64,000 nucleotides of DNA from Alphaproteobacteria bacterium (GTDB lineage: Bacteria > Pseudomonadota > Alphaproteobacteria > MPNO01). The first letter of the stretch is position 1. Every line of letters starts with the position of its first letter. Below, in pieces: positions 1 to 10,255 of this stretch. Under the pieces are notes generated by a model. The model saw only the letters and a list, made by a program, of their open reading frames with translations, made no database searches and was not told the origin of the DNA. The stretch covers positions 1,664,001 to 1,728,000 of the forward strand of contig CBDFLJ010000001.1 of the NCBI GenBank assembly GCA_965248835.1, written 5' to 3'. Made by a program: the position numbers and the translations under genes.

Positions 1-1
1 C

Positions 2-232
2 GACTACCTGGTGCCGATGGCGGCCGAGCTGCCCGACATCGTGCTCGACCATGTCGAGACGCCGTCCTCGCACTCCGGGCTCGGCGCCAAGGGGGCCGGG
101 GAGTCCGGCACCGCGGGCGCGCCGGCGACGATCTTCAATGCCGTCAACGACGCGCTGGCGCCGTCCGGCGCTGCGGTCGCTGCACTGCCGATCACGCCCG
201 AGGCGGTGCTCGCCGCGCTCGGCCGGGTCTGA
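2..232 (+). CDS. Xanthine dehydrogenase/CoxL-family molybdopterin-binding subunit, C-terminal part (truncated by window start)
   Basis: DYLVPMAAELP...GAKGAGESG...AIFNAVNDAL-like...LPITPE, the typical C-terminus of XDH-family large subunits. Confidence 0.9.
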   Translation, partial: DYLVPMAAELPDIVLDHVETPSSHSGLGAKGAGESGTAGAPATIFNAVNDALAPSGAAVAALPITPEAVLAALGRV

Positions 233-301
233 CGCACCGGCCGTCGACGGCTTTGCCAACCCGCCGGGCAGAGGGCAGTTGAGAGCAGAGGGCACCAAGC
301 C

Positions 302-2629
302 ATGGGCGCGTTTGCAGTTGGTCAGCCGGTCTCACGCAGCGAGGATCCGCGGCTTCTGAAGGGGTTCGGCCGGTATATCGACGACATCAGCCTGCCCCGC
401 CAGGCCTATGCCGCCATCGTGCGCTCGCCGCATGCCCACGCCCGGATCCGTGCGGTCGACACAGCATCGGCGCGCGCCGTGCCGGGAGTCCTGTGCGTCC
501 TGACCGGGGCGGACTGCGCCGCGGACGGGCTCGGCGACCTGCCGTGCGATCAGGCCCGGTTGCGCCGCGACGGCGCGGACATGTACCGCCCGCCGCGCCC
601 TATCCTGGTGCGCGATAGGGTGCGGCTGGTCGGCGACTATGTCGCGATGGTCGTCGCCGAGACCGCTGCGGGCGCGCGCGATGCGGCCGAGCTTGTGGCG
701 GTCGACTACGAGCCGCTGCCGGCGGTCACCGACGCGGCCGAGGCGGCCGCTGCAGATGCGCCGCGGCTCTGGGACGACTGCCCCGGCAACGAGTGCTTCT
801 ACCACGAGGACGGTGATCGCGCGGCGGTCGATGCGGCTCTGGAAAAGGCCGCCTGCGTGGTCTCGCGCCGCTTTACGATCAGTCGGGTGACCGCGGCCCC
901 GATGGGCCCGCGCGGCTGCATCGGCGATTATGACGCGGCCGAGGACCGCTACACGCTCTACACCGGCGTCCAGCAGGCGCATATGTTGCGCACGCAGCTC
1001 GCTGCGACCGTCTTCAAGCTGCCGGAGACCCGCTTCCGGGTGATCGCACCCGACATCGGCGGCAGCTTCGGGCTCTACAGCAACGTCTATCCGGAAAACG
1101 CGCTGGTGCTGTGGGCGTCCAGGCGCTGCGGCCGGCCGGTCAAATGGATCGCCGAGCGTTCCGAGTGCATGCTGAGCGACGATTCGGCGCGCGACAACGT
1201 CTCCCAGGCGTCGCTGGCGCTGGATGAGGACGGCAGGTTTCTTGCGCTGCGCTGCGAGACCTACGCCAATCTCGGGGCCTATCTGTCGCTGCGCGGCCCG
1301 CTGCCGCCGATCGTCAACCTGGGCTCGCTGGCGGGTACCTACACCACGCCGGCGATCCATGTCCGGGTGGCCGGCATGTTCACCAACACCAACTGCACGT
1401 CGCCCTATCGCGGCGCCGGCCGACCGGAAGCCTCAACCGTCCTCGAACAGCTCGTCGACGAGGCGGCGCGCCGGCTTGGGATGGACGCAGCCGAGATCCG
1501 CAGGCGGAACACCATCCCGGCCGATGCCATGCCGTACAAGACCGCGCTCACCTTCACCTACGATTGCGGCGACTTCGGGAAGAACCTAGACGATGCGCTG
1601 CGGCTTGCCCTATACGCCGGCTTCGAGGAACGCCGCGCGGCGGCCAGGGCGCGCGGGCGGCTCCGCGGCATCGGCATGTCGAACACCGTCCACCGCGCCT
1701 CCGGGCTCGAGCTCGAGGCCGCCCAGATTCGGTTCGATACGACGGGCAGCGCGACCTTGATGGTCGGCTCGGTCCATCACGGCCAGGGCCACGCGACGAC
1801 CTTTACCCAGATCGTCTGCGACCGGCTCGGGCTGGCGCCGGACAAGGTGCGATTCGTCGCCGGCGACACCGACATGGTGAGCTTCGGACGCGGCTCGTTC
1901 GCCTCGCGCTCGGCGGCGCTCGGCGGCTCGGCGGTCTGGCTCGCCGCCGACAAGATCATCGACAAGGCGCGTCGGATCGCGGCCCATCTGCTCGAATCGG
2001 CCGAGGCCGACCTCGACTTCGCCGAGGGGCGATTCGCGATTGCCGGCACCGACCGCGGGCTCGACCTGGTCGAGGTGGCGAAGGCCGCCTACCAGCCGCG
2101 CCTGCTCGGCGGCGGGATCGAGCCCGGGCTCGACGAGATCGCCATGTTCGTGCCCGGCGCGCTCAACTTCCCCAACGGCTGTCATATCACCGAGATCGAG
2201 ATCGACCCCGACACCGGCACGGTCGAGATCATCGGCTACGCGGTCGTCGAGGACTTCGGCACGATTCTCAACCCGCTGCTGCTGGAAGGGCAGATCCACG
2301 GCGGGCTCGCCCAGGGGATCGGCCAGGCGTTGATGGAGGATGTCGCCTTCGACCGTCGGACGGGCCAGCTCCTCGCCGGCTCGTTCATGGACTATTGCAT
2401 GCCGCGCGCCGACGACCTGGTGTGCTTCGTCTCCGCGTTCAACGCCGTGCCGACCGCGACCAACCCGGTCGGGGCCAAGGGCGCAGGCGAGGCCGGCGCG
2501 GTCGGCGCACTGCCGGCGATGATGAACGCGCTGGTCGATGCGTTGGCCCCGCTGGGCGTCGAGCACATCCAGATGCCGGCCACGCCGGAGCGGATCTGGC
2601 GCGCGATCCGGGACGCGCAGACGGGGTAA
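302..2629 (+). CDS. Xanthine dehydrogenase/CoxL-like (form II type) molybdopterin-binding large subunit
   Basis: 775 aa; RSEDPRLLKG.GRYIDD, RSPHAHA, PYRGAGRPE, GQGHATT, GSFASRS, GQIHGG.AQGIG, GAKGAGEAG motifs. Confidence 0.93.
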   Translation: MGAFAVGQPVSRSEDPRLLKGFGRYIDDISLPRQAYAAIVRSPHAHARIRAVDTASARAVPGVLCVLTGADCAADGLGDLPCDQARLRRDGADMYRPPRPILVRDRVRLVGDYVAMVVAETAAGARDAAELVAVDYEPLPAVTDAAEAAAADAPRLWDDCPGNECFYHEDGDRAAVDAALEKAACVVSRRFTISRVTAAPMGPRGCIGDYDAAEDRYTLYTGVQQAHMLRTQLAATVFKLPETRFRVIAPDIGGSFGLYSNVYPENALVLWASRRCGRPVKWIAERSECMLSDDSARDNVSQASLALDEDGRFLALRCETYANLGAYLSLRGPLPPIVNLGSLAGTYTTPAIHVRVAGMFTNTNCTSPYRGAGRPEASTVLEQLVDEAARRLGMDAAEIRRRNTIPADAMPYKTALTFTYDCGDFGKNLDDALRLALYAGFEERRAAARARGRLRGIGMSNTVHRASGLELEAAQIRFDTTGSATLMVGSVHHGQGHATTFTQIVCDRLGLAPDKVRFVAGDTDMVSFGRGSFASRSAALGGSAVWLAADKIIDKARRIAAHLLESAEADLDFAEGRFAIAGTDRGLDLVEVAKAAYQPRLLGGGIEPGLDEIAMFVPGALNFPNGCHITEIEIDPDTGTVEIIGYAVVEDFGTILNPLLLEGQIHGGLAQGIGQALMEDVAFDRRTGQLLAGSFMDYCMPRADDLVCFVSAFNAVPTATNPVGAKGAGEAGAVGALPAMMNALVDALAPLGVEHIQMPATPERIWRAIRDAQTG

Positions 2630-2702
2630 GACTCCGCACGATTATGCCGGCCCAGGCGCCCGAGCGTTGCCGCCGCGGTGTGTCATCCTCGTACTGTGGC
2701 GG

Positions 2703-4334
2703 CTATGTCGCGACCGCGTCGGTGTCCACTGCCTCGATATTGAAGGCTGCCGCGATCAGGGCGCTCGTGTAGGGCTCGGCCGGCGCTTCGAAAATCCGCG
2801 CGGCGGGGCCCTGCTCGACCACTTGGCCGGCCCGCATGACGATGACCTCATCGGCCAGCGCGCGCACGACCTTGAGGTCGTGGCTGATGAACAGGTAGGC
2901 GAGCTTGTGACGGTCCTGCAGCGCGCGCAGGAGATCGACGATCTGCGCCTGGACCGACATGTCCAGCGCGGACGTCGGCTCGTCGAGCACGATGAAGCGC
3001 GGCTTGAGCGCGATCGCGCGCGCGATTGCGATGCGCTGGCGTTGCCCGCCGGAGAACTCGTGGGGGTAACGGTCCTGGGAGTCGGGATCGAGCCCGACCT
3101 CGCGCAAGGCATCGGCGATCCTGTCGCGGCGGGTTCGCGGTTCGCCCGCCATGCCGTGGACCAGAAGCCCCTCTTCGATGATCTGGCCGACCGACAGCCG
3201 CGGGCTGAGCGAGCTGTAGGGGTCCTGGAAGACGATCTGCATCTGGCTTCGCAGCGGGCGCAGGTCGGACCAGCCCAAGTCCTGGATATTCGCGCCCGCG
3301 AACCGGATCGGGCCCTGGCTGCGTTCCAGCCGCAGCAACCCCATGGCAAGCGTCGTCTTGCCCGAGCCGCTCTCGCCGACGACGCCCACGGTCCGGCCCT
3401 CGCGGACCGAGACGGTGACCCCGTCGACCGCCTTGATGTGGCCGACCACCCGGCGCAGAACCCCGCGTTTGACGGGGAACCAGACCTTCAGGCCGTCGGC
3501 GGCCATGATTTCGGGCGCGGCGTCCTGCGCGGCGATCGGGCGGCCCTTCGGCTCGGCAGCCAACAGATGGCGGGTATAGGCGTGCTGCGGCGCATCGAAG
3601 ATCGCCGCGGTCGGACCGGTCTCGACGATCTCGCCCCCGGTCATCACCGCGACCCGGTGGGCGATCTTGCGCACGATGCCGAGGTCGTGGGTGATCAGCA
3701 GCATCGACATGCCGAGTTCGGCTTGGAGGTCGGCGAGCAGCCGCAGGATCTGCGCCTGGATGGTCACATCCAACGCCGTCGTCGGCTCGTCGGCGATCAG
3801 CAGCTCCGGGTCGTTCGCCAGCGCCATTGCGATCATCACCCGCTGGCGCTGGCCGCCCGAGAGCTGGTGGGGATAGGCCTTGAGCCGGCTCTCCGCCTCG
3901 GGCAGGCCAACTTGTTCGAGCAGCGCCAGGATGCGGTCCCTGGCATCGGCCCGGTTGAGCCCCTTGTGGACCTTGAGGATCTCGCCGATCTGCTTGTCGA
4001 TGGTGTGCAGCGGGTTGAGCGAGGTCATCGGCTCCTGGAAGATCATCGTGACCTTGTTGCCGCGCACCGCGCGCAGGGCGGTCGGATCGGCGTCGAGCAG
4101 CTCGGTTTCGGCGAGCCGGATGGACCCGCTCGGGTGATGCGCCTGCGGATAGGGCAGCAGACGAAGAACCGACAGTGCGGAGACCGATTTCCCCGAGCCG
4201 CTTTCGCCGACCAGCGCGAACGTCTCGCCGCGGCGGATCGAAAACGAGATGTTGCGCACCGCCTGCACCTCGCCGGCGCCGCGGCCGAAGGAGACCGAAA
4301 GGTCCTCGACGCTCAGGATCGGCGCTTCACCCAT
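2703..4334 (-). CDS. yejF: Peptide ABC transporter ATP-binding protein with two ATPase domains (YejF-like)
   Basis: Two Walker A motifs ([16 protein letters not shown]) and two SGGQRQR signatures; last gene of the yej-like operon; start placed at MGEAPIL. Confidence 0.9.
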   Translation of the reverse strand: MGEAPILSVEDLSVSFGRGAGEVQAVRNISFSIRRGETFALVGESGSGKSVSALSVLRLLPYPQAHHPSGSIRLAETELLDADPTALRAVRGNKVTMIFQEPMTSLNPLHTIDKQIGEILKVHKGLNRADARDRILALLEQVGLPEAESRLKAYPHQLSGGQRQRVMIAMALANDPELLIADEPTTALDVTIQAQILRLLADLQAELGMSMLLITHDLGIVRKIAHRVAVMTGGEIVETGPTAAIFDAPQHAYTRHLLAAEPKGRPIAAQDAAPEIMAADGLKVWFPVKRGVLRRVVGHIKAVDGVTVSVREGRTVGVVGESGSGKTTLAMGLLRLERSQGPIRFAGANIQDLGWSDLRPLRSQMQIVFQDPYSSLSPRLSVGQIIEEGLLVHGMAGEPRTRRDRIADALREVGLDPDSQDRYPHEFSGGQRQRIAIARAIALKPRFIVLDEPTSALDMSVQAQIVDLLRALQDRHKLAYLFISHDLKVVRALADEVIVMRAGQVVEQGPAARIFEAPAEPYTSALIAAAFNIEAVDTDAVAT

Positions 4335-5391
4335 CGAACGTCTTTCTCGGGTCAAGCGCGTCGCGCACGCCTTCGCCGATGAAGATCAGCAGAGACAGGG
4401 TGAGGACGATCGTCACCGAAGCGGTGATCGCCAGCCACGGCGCCTGCAGGTTCGCCTTGCCCTGGGCCAGCAGCTCGCCCAGCGAGGGCGAGCCCGGCGG
4501 CAGGCCGAAGCCCAGGAAGTCGAGCGCCGTCAGGCTAGTGATCGAGCCCGTCAGGATCAGCGGCAGAAACGTCAGCGTCGCCACCATCGCATTGGGCAGT
4601 ACGTGGCGCCGGATGATGGTGATGTTGTCCACGCCCAGCGCCCTCGCCGCACGCACATAGTCGAAGTTGCGGGCGCGCAGGAACTCCGCCCGCACGACCC
4701 CTTCGAGCGCGGTCCAGCCGAACAGCAGCATGATGCCCAGCAGCCACCAGAAATTAGGCGTGACCAGACTCGCCAGGATGATCAGCAGAAACAGCACCGG
4801 CAGACCCTGCCAGACCTCGATGAAGCGCTGGGTGCCGAGATCGATCCAGCCGCCGAAATAGCCCTGGACGGCGCCGACGGCGATGCCGATGAGCGAGCCG
4901 AAAAAGGTCAGCGTGATGCCGAACAGGACCGAGATTCGGAAGCCGTAGATCGTCCGCGCCAGCACGTCGCGTGCCTGGTCGTCGCTGCCGAGCCAGTTGT
5001 CGTGACTCGGTGGTGCGGGCGCGGGCACCTGGAGGTCGTAATTGACGGTGCGGTAGCTGTAGGGGATCAGCGGCCACACCATCCAGCCGTCCTTGCCGCG
5101 GATCAACTCCTGGACGTCGGGCTCGCGGTACTCCGCCTCGGTCTGAAAATCGCCGCCGAAGAAGGTCTCGGGGTAGGTGATGAAGACCGGGAAATAATAT
5201 CCGCCGTCGTAGCCGATCAGCAGCGGCTTGTCGTTGGCGATGAACTCCGCCGGCAGGGTGATGACGAACAGCGCCAGGAACAGCCAGGCCGAGACGCGGG
5301 CGCGCCGGTTGTTGCGGAAATTGCGCAGCCGCCGCCGGTTGAGCGGGGAAAGCCGCAGACCCGCAATCCGATCGGCACCCGGCTCACGCAC
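4327..5391 (-). CDS. yejE: Peptide ABC transporter permease (YejE-like)
   Basis: LSPLNRRR, AEFIANDKPL, YPETFFGG, DDQARDVLAR, ARALG loop; start inferred at a GTG overlapping the yejB end. Confidence 0.9.
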   Translation of the reverse strand: MREPGADRIAGLRLSPLNRRRLRNFRNNRRARVSAWLFLALFVITLPAEFIANDKPLLIGYDGGYYFPVFITYPETFFGGDFQTEAEYREPDVQELIRGKDGWMVWPLIPYSYRTVNYDLQVPAPAPPSHDNWLGSDDQARDVLARTIYGFRISVLFGITLTFFGSLIGIAVGAVQGYFGGWIDLGTQRFIEVWQGLPVLFLLIILASLVTPNFWWLLGIMLLFGWTALEGVVRAEFLRARNFDYVRAARALGVDNITIIRRHVLPNAMVATLTFLPLILTGSITSLTALDFLGFGLPPGSPSLGELLAQGKANLQAPWLAITASVTIVLTLSLLIFIGEGVRDALDPRKTFDG

Positions 5392-6505
5392 CGCGCGCCT
5401 CGAAGTCGATCCGCGGATCGACGATGGTGTAGGTGAGATCGCCGACAAGGCGCAACAGCAGCCCGAGCAGGGTGAAGAAGTACAGCGTGCCGAAGATGAT
5501 CGGATAGTCGCGCTTGAGCAGCGCCTCGAAGCCCAGCAGGCCCAGCCCGTCGAGCGAGAAGATCACCTCGATCAGCAGTGCCCCGGTGAACAGGATGCCG
5601 ACGAACAGGCCCGGGAAGCCGGCGATCACGATCAGCATCGCGTTGCGGAAGACGTGGCCGTACATCACCCGCAACTCGGTCAGCCCCTTGGCGCGCGCGG
5701 TCAGCACGTACTGCATGTTGATCTGATCGAGAAAGGAATTCTTGGTCAGCATCGACAGCGACAGGAAGCCGCCGGCTACGAGCGCGATCAACGGCAGCGT
5801 CATATGCCAGAAATAATCGACCACCTGGCCCAGGAACCCGAGCTGGTCGGCGTTTTCCGAGGAAAGCCCGCGCAGGGGAAACCAGTCGAGGAAGCTGCCC
5901 CCGGCGAAGAAGACGATCAGCAGCACCGCCAACACGAAGGACGGTGTCGCGAAGGCGACCGACATCAGGACCGTCGTCCAGACGTCGAAGCGGGCGCCGT
6001 CGCGGACCGCCTTGCGGATCCCCAGCGGGATCGAGACCAGGTAGATGATCAGTGCGCTCCACAGCCCCAGCGAGATCGAGACCGGCATCTTCTCGATCAC
6101 CAGGTTCACCACCGTCTCGTCGCGGAAATAGCTGGTGCCGAAATCGAACTGGACGAACTTGCCCATCATCAGGAGAAAGCGCTCGTGGACCGGCTTGTCG
6201 AAGCCGAACTCCCTTTCGAGTTGGGCGATGAAGGCGGGATCGAGCCCTTGGGCGCCGCGATAGTTGCCGGTCACCGCCGATGCGTCGGCACCCGACTGCG
6301 CGACGGCCTGCGACGAGGTGCCGGTCTCGGTGCCGCTGCCGCCGCCGATCCGCGCGGTCGCGGCGATGTCGGTGCCGGTGACCTGGGCGATGATCTGTTC
6401 GATCGGCCCGCCGGGTGCGAACTGGATGATGGCGAAGTTGACCACCATGATCCCGAGAAGCGTCGGGATCATCAACAGCAGCCGGCGGATGATATAGCTC
6501 AGCAC
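5384..6505 (-). CDS. yejB: Peptide ABC transporter permease (YejB-like)
   Basis: YIIRRLLLMIPTL, YRGAQGLDP, FGFDKP, TARAKGL, VDPRIDF. Confidence 0.92.
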   Translation of the reverse strand: MLSYIIRRLLLMIPTLLGIMVVNFAIIQFAPGGPIEQIIAQVTGTDIAATARIGGGSGTETGTSSQAVAQSGADASAVTGNYRGAQGLDPAFIAQLEREFGFDKPVHERFLLMMGKFVQFDFGTSYFRDETVVNLVIEKMPVSISLGLWSALIIYLVSIPLGIRKAVRDGARFDVWTTVLMSVAFATPSFVLAVLLIVFFAGGSFLDWFPLRGLSSENADQLGFLGQVVDYFWHMTLPLIALVAGGFLSLSMLTKNSFLDQINMQYVLTARAKGLTELRVMYGHVFRNAMLIVIAGFPGLFVGILFTGALLIEVIFSLDGLGLLGFEALLKRDYPIIFGTLYFFTLLGLLLRLVGDLTYTIVDPRIDFEARGA

Positions 6506-6518
6506 GCCGTGCCAGCTC

Positions 6519-8351
6519 CTAGGGTGCGGGCGGGGCCTTGCCCGCCTCGATCATGGCGGCCTTTTGCGGGTTGTACCACCAGGTATCGACCACGCCGCGG
6601 GCGAAGCGGGGCTTCCCGGGCGGACGGTCGAACTTGTTCCAATAGGCCAGGTGATGCGCCCCCTTGTACCATTGCGGCACGGTGTAGTTGTTCCACATCA
6701 GCACGCGGTCCAGCGCGCGGACGGCGGCGATCAGTGACTTGCGGCTGCGCGCGGCGATCACCTTCTCTATCAGGGCATCGACCGCCGGGTCCTTGATGCC
6801 GCCGATATTGAATGAGCCGGCCACGTCGGCGCCCGCCGAGCCGTAGAAGTTGCGCTGCTCGATCCCCGGCGTCAACGGCTGGACGTAGCGGCGCACAATG
6901 ATGTCGAAGTCGTGGTTGTCGGTCCGCACCTTGAAGTTCGCGACATCGACGATGCGGATCTTCGCCTCGATCCCGAGCCGCTCGAGGTTGCGGATATAGG
7001 GATTGATGATCCGGGTGAAAGAGGCCTCGAACAGCAGGAACTCGACGGTGAACGGCTTGCCCGCCCCGTCGACCAGCCGGCCGCCGTTGACGGCATAGCC
7101 CGCCTCGCGCAGCAGCCGTGCGGCGCGGCGCAGCTCGCGCCGGATGCGGCCGCTGCCGTCGGTCACACTGGCGGCGTAGGACTTGGTGAACACCTCCCCG
7201 GGCACTTGGCCGCGAAACGGCTCCAGAAGCGCAAGTTCGGCGGCGGTAGGCGGCGCGTGGGCGGCCAGCTCGGAGTTCTCGAACATCGAATTGGTCCGCT
7301 GGTAGAGCCCGTGGAACAGGTTCTTGTTGGTCCACTGGAAATCGAAGGCGAGATCGAGCGCGCGGCGCACCCGGCGGTCCTTGAACTTTTCCCGCCGGAG
7401 GTTGAAGAAGAACGCCTGGACGCCCGAAGGTGTCTCGTCGGCAAGGGTCTCGCGGACCATCAGCTTCTTGCGGATCGGCGGCTTGTCGTACTGGCTCACC
7501 CAGCTCCGGGACGTGAACTCCTCGCGCAGGTCGTACTGGCCGGCGAAGATCGCCTCGAAGGCGATGTCGCGGTCGCGGTAGTAGTCGATTTTGATGCGGT
7601 CGAAATTGTACCGGCCGCGATTGACCGGCAGGTCGCGCGCCCAATAGTCCTTCACCCGATCGTAGGCGAGCGACCGGCCCGGCTCGATGTCGACGATCCG
7701 GTAGGGTCCGCTGGACAGCGGCGGGGTGAAGGTCGTCCTGCCGAACGGGGTCTTCGCATGATAGGCCTTGGACAGGACCGGCAAGGCGGCGAGCTGGACC
7801 GGCAGGTCGCGGTGAAAGCCCGGATTGAAGGTGAACCGGACGTAGTCCCTTCCTTCAGCCCGCGCGCCGGCGACATCGCGGAACAGGATTCGGTACTGCG
7901 GATGCCCCTTGTCGATCAGAGTCCGGTAGCTGAAGACGATGTCGTCGGCGGTGATCGGGCTGCCGTCGTGGAAGCGCGCCTCGGGCCGCAACCGGAAGCC
8001 GACCCAGCGGTTGTCCTCGGGCAGGTCGACCGAGGCCGCGACCAGGCCGTACAGCGCGTCCGGCTCGTCGAAGGCGCGCGCCATCAAGGTATCGAAGATC
8101 AGCGGGTTCCACGCCTCCTTCTGGCCCCTGAGGATTAACGGGTTCAGGGTCTCGAAAGTATCGAGCCCCCACAGCCTGAGGGTGCCGCCCTTGGGCGCGT
8201 CCGGGTTTACGTAGTCGAAATGGGTGAAGCCCGGCGGGTATTTGAGGTCGCCGAACACCGACACGCCATGGCTGGTCCGTACGGCTTCGGCGTCCGCCGG
8301 TGAAGGTATCGCGAGCAGCGCTACGGCGAAGAGGGCCGCCCGAAGCATCAT
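6519..8351 (-). CDS. yejA: ABC extracellular solute-binding protein, family 5 (YejA-like, copy 2)
   Basis: Signal peptide MMLRAALFAVALL; LKYPPGFTHFDYVNPDAPKGG, RALDRVL; ATGA overlap with the upstream copy. Confidence 0.88.
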   Translation of the reverse strand: MMLRAALFAVALLAIPSPADAEAVRTSHGVSVFGDLKYPPGFTHFDYVNPDAPKGGTLRLWGLDTFETLNPLILRGQKEAWNPLIFDTLMARAFDEPDALYGLVAASVDLPEDNRWVGFRLRPEARFHDGSPITADDIVFSYRTLIDKGHPQYRILFRDVAGARAEGRDYVRFTFNPGFHRDLPVQLAALPVLSKAYHAKTPFGRTTFTPPLSSGPYRIVDIEPGRSLAYDRVKDYWARDLPVNRGRYNFDRIKIDYYRDRDIAFEAIFAGQYDLREEFTSRSWVSQYDKPPIRKKLMVRETLADETPSGVQAFFFNLRREKFKDRRVRRALDLAFDFQWTNKNLFHGLYQRTNSMFENSELAAHAPPTAAELALLEPFRGQVPGEVFTKSYAASVTDGSGRIRRELRRAARLLREAGYAVNGGRLVDGAGKPFTVEFLLFEASFTRIINPYIRNLERLGIEAKIRIVDVANFKVRTDNHDFDIIVRRYVQPLTPGIEQRNFYGSAGADVAGSFNIGGIKDPAVDALIEKVIAARSRKSLIAAVRALDRVLMWNNYTVPQWYKGAHHLAYWNKFDRPPGKPRFARGVVDTWWYNPQKAAMIEAGKAPPAP

Positions 8352-10192
8352 CGGCCGCCGCGCAGTTTCGCCCTGCGGGATTCGAAGGTGCGGTCCTTTT
8401 CCGGATCGATCCACCAGGAGAAGAGGTCGCTTTGGTATTTTGGCGCCTTGGCGGGCTTGCCGAACCGATCCCAATGGGCGATGCGGTCGAAGCGGGCATG
8501 CCATTGCGGCACCACGTAGTGGTTCCACAAAAGCACCCTGTCGAGCGCGCGGGTGGCGACCACCAGCGACCTGCGGTCCCGCGCCGCGATCAGCTTCTCG
8601 ATCAGCCCATCGATCACCGGGTTCTTGATGCCGATCAAGTTTCGACTGCCCTGGCGGTCCGCGGCATCGCTGCTCCAGAAATCACGCTGCTCGTTGCCGG
8701 GCGACTCCGACTGGCCCCAGCTTGCGATGATCACGTCGAAGTCGAAGGCGCGCAGCCGGTTGATGTATTGCGAGGCATCGACCACCCGGATGGTGCCCTT
8801 GATCCCAAGCCGCTTGAGATTGCGGAGGAACGGCGCGACCACCCGTTCAAACGCCGGCGAGACCAGCAGGAACTCGATCTCCATGGCCATGCCGGTGTCG
8901 ACCTCCACCAGCCGGTTCTTCCTGACCTGCCAGCCCGCCGCGCGCAGCAGGCGTGCGGCGGTGCGCAGGTTGCCGCGGATGTTGCCCGATCCGTCGCCGT
9001 CGGGCGGCTCATAGACCTCGGTGAAGACCCGATCGGGAATTCGGCCCCGGTAGGGCTCCAGCAGGGCCTTCTCCGCCGCATCGGGGAGGGCGCGCGCGGC
9101 AAGCTCGGAGTTGGAGAAGAAGCTTTTGGTGCGCGCGTATTGGCCATGGAACAGGTTCCTGTTCGACCAGGCGAAGTCGAAGGCGTAGGCGATCGCCTTG
9201 CGCAGGTCCGGGTCGGCGAACTTCTTGCGCCGCAGGTTGAAGGCGAAGGACTGCATCCCGGTCGGCCGGGCATGTGCGACCTCCTGCTTGCGTATCAGGC
9301 CGGCCTTGAGCGCGGGCGAGGCATAGCCGGTCGCCCAGTCCTTCGATGAGGTCTCGACCCGGTAGTCGTATTCGTTGGCCTTGAAGGCCTCGAGCGCGAC
9401 CGTCTGGTCGCGGTAGTAGTCCTGGCGCAGCACCTCGAAGTTGTAGAGGCCGCGGTTGATCGGCAGGTCCTTGCCCCAATAGTCCTTGACCCGCTCGAAG
9501 GTGACGAAGCGGCCGGCTTCGAACTTGGCGATGCGGTAGGGGCCGCTGCCCAGCGGCGGCTCCAGCGTGGTCTGCCCGAATTCGCGCGATTGCCAGTCGT
9601 GCTTGGCCAGCACGGGAAGCTGGCCGGTGATCTGCGGCAATTCCCGGTTGGGCGGCCCGGTGAAATGGAACTTGACCCGATGGCTGGAGAGCTTCTCGAC
9701 CTTGGAAATATTGCGGTAGTAGAAGCGATAGAACGGCCGGCCCTTCTCCTTGAGCACCTCGAAGCTGAAGATCACGTCATCGGCGGTCACCGGCGTGCCG
9801 TCGTGGAACCGCGCTTCCGGCCGCAGGTTGTAGATGACATGGGAAAGGTCGTCCGGCACCTCGACGGTCTCGGCGATCAGACCGTATTCGGCGGAAATCT
9901 CGTCGGCCGGCGAGGTCATCAGCGTTTCGACCACCAGCGCGGTCCAGGCCGGTTCGCCCTTGGCGATGAACGGGTTGAAGCTGTCGAAGGAGCCGATCGA
10001 ATGCAGCTTGATCGCGCCGCCCTTCGGCGCGTCGGGGTTGGCATAAGGGCGGTGGGTGAAATCGGCGGGATAGGTGAGTGCGCCGACCAGGGTGAGCCCG
10101 TGGCTCTTCGTCACCTCCGCGGCGGTCGCCGCATGGCTCGTGAAAACCCAAGCGGCCAGACACCACACTGCGGCGAACAGCACTCTGGGCAT
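8348..10192 (-). CDS. yejA: ABC extracellular solute-binding protein, family 5 (YejA-like, copy 1)
   Basis: Signal peptide; NPDAPKGG, FDSFNPFI, YWGKDLPINRG, QSESPGNEQR, RALDRVLLW. Confidence 0.88.
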   Translation of the reverse strand: MPRVLFAAVWCLAAWVFTSHAATAAEVTKSHGLTLVGALTYPADFTHRPYANPDAPKGGAIKLHSIGSFDSFNPFIAKGEPAWTALVVETLMTSPADEISAEYGLIAETVEVPDDLSHVIYNLRPEARFHDGTPVTADDVIFSFEVLKEKGRPFYRFYYRNISKVEKLSSHRVKFHFTGPPNRELPQITGQLPVLAKHDWQSREFGQTTLEPPLGSGPYRIAKFEAGRFVTFERVKDYWGKDLPINRGLYNFEVLRQDYYRDQTVALEAFKANEYDYRVETSSKDWATGYASPALKAGLIRKQEVAHARPTGMQSFAFNLRRKKFADPDLRKAIAYAFDFAWSNRNLFHGQYARTKSFFSNSELAARALPDAAEKALLEPYRGRIPDRVFTEVYEPPDGDGSGNIRGNLRTAARLLRAAGWQVRKNRLVEVDTGMAMEIEFLLVSPAFERVVAPFLRNLKRLGIKGTIRVVDASQYINRLRAFDFDVIIASWGQSESPGNEQRDFWSSDAADRQGSRNLIGIKNPVIDGLIEKLIAARDRRSLVVATRALDRVLLWNHYVVPQWHARFDRIAHWDRFGKPAKAPKYQSDLFSWWIDPEKDRTFESRRAKLRGGR

Positions 10193-10255
10193 GTGTGATC
10201 CCTCGTTATGCCAAATCCAAACGTGGTGGCGGCGGACGCCGGTGGCAAGCCGCGC

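Noticed and set aside
302-2629. True aerobic CO dehydrogenase CoxL
   Set aside because: The active-site loop is PYRGAGR, not the form I AYRCSFR, and no cox accessory genes are present.
2703-10192. Microcin/bacteriocin system, or novelty of the duplicated binding protein
   Set aside because: Yej-type importers with two binding proteins are common in Alphaproteobacteria; no precursor or modification genes are seen.
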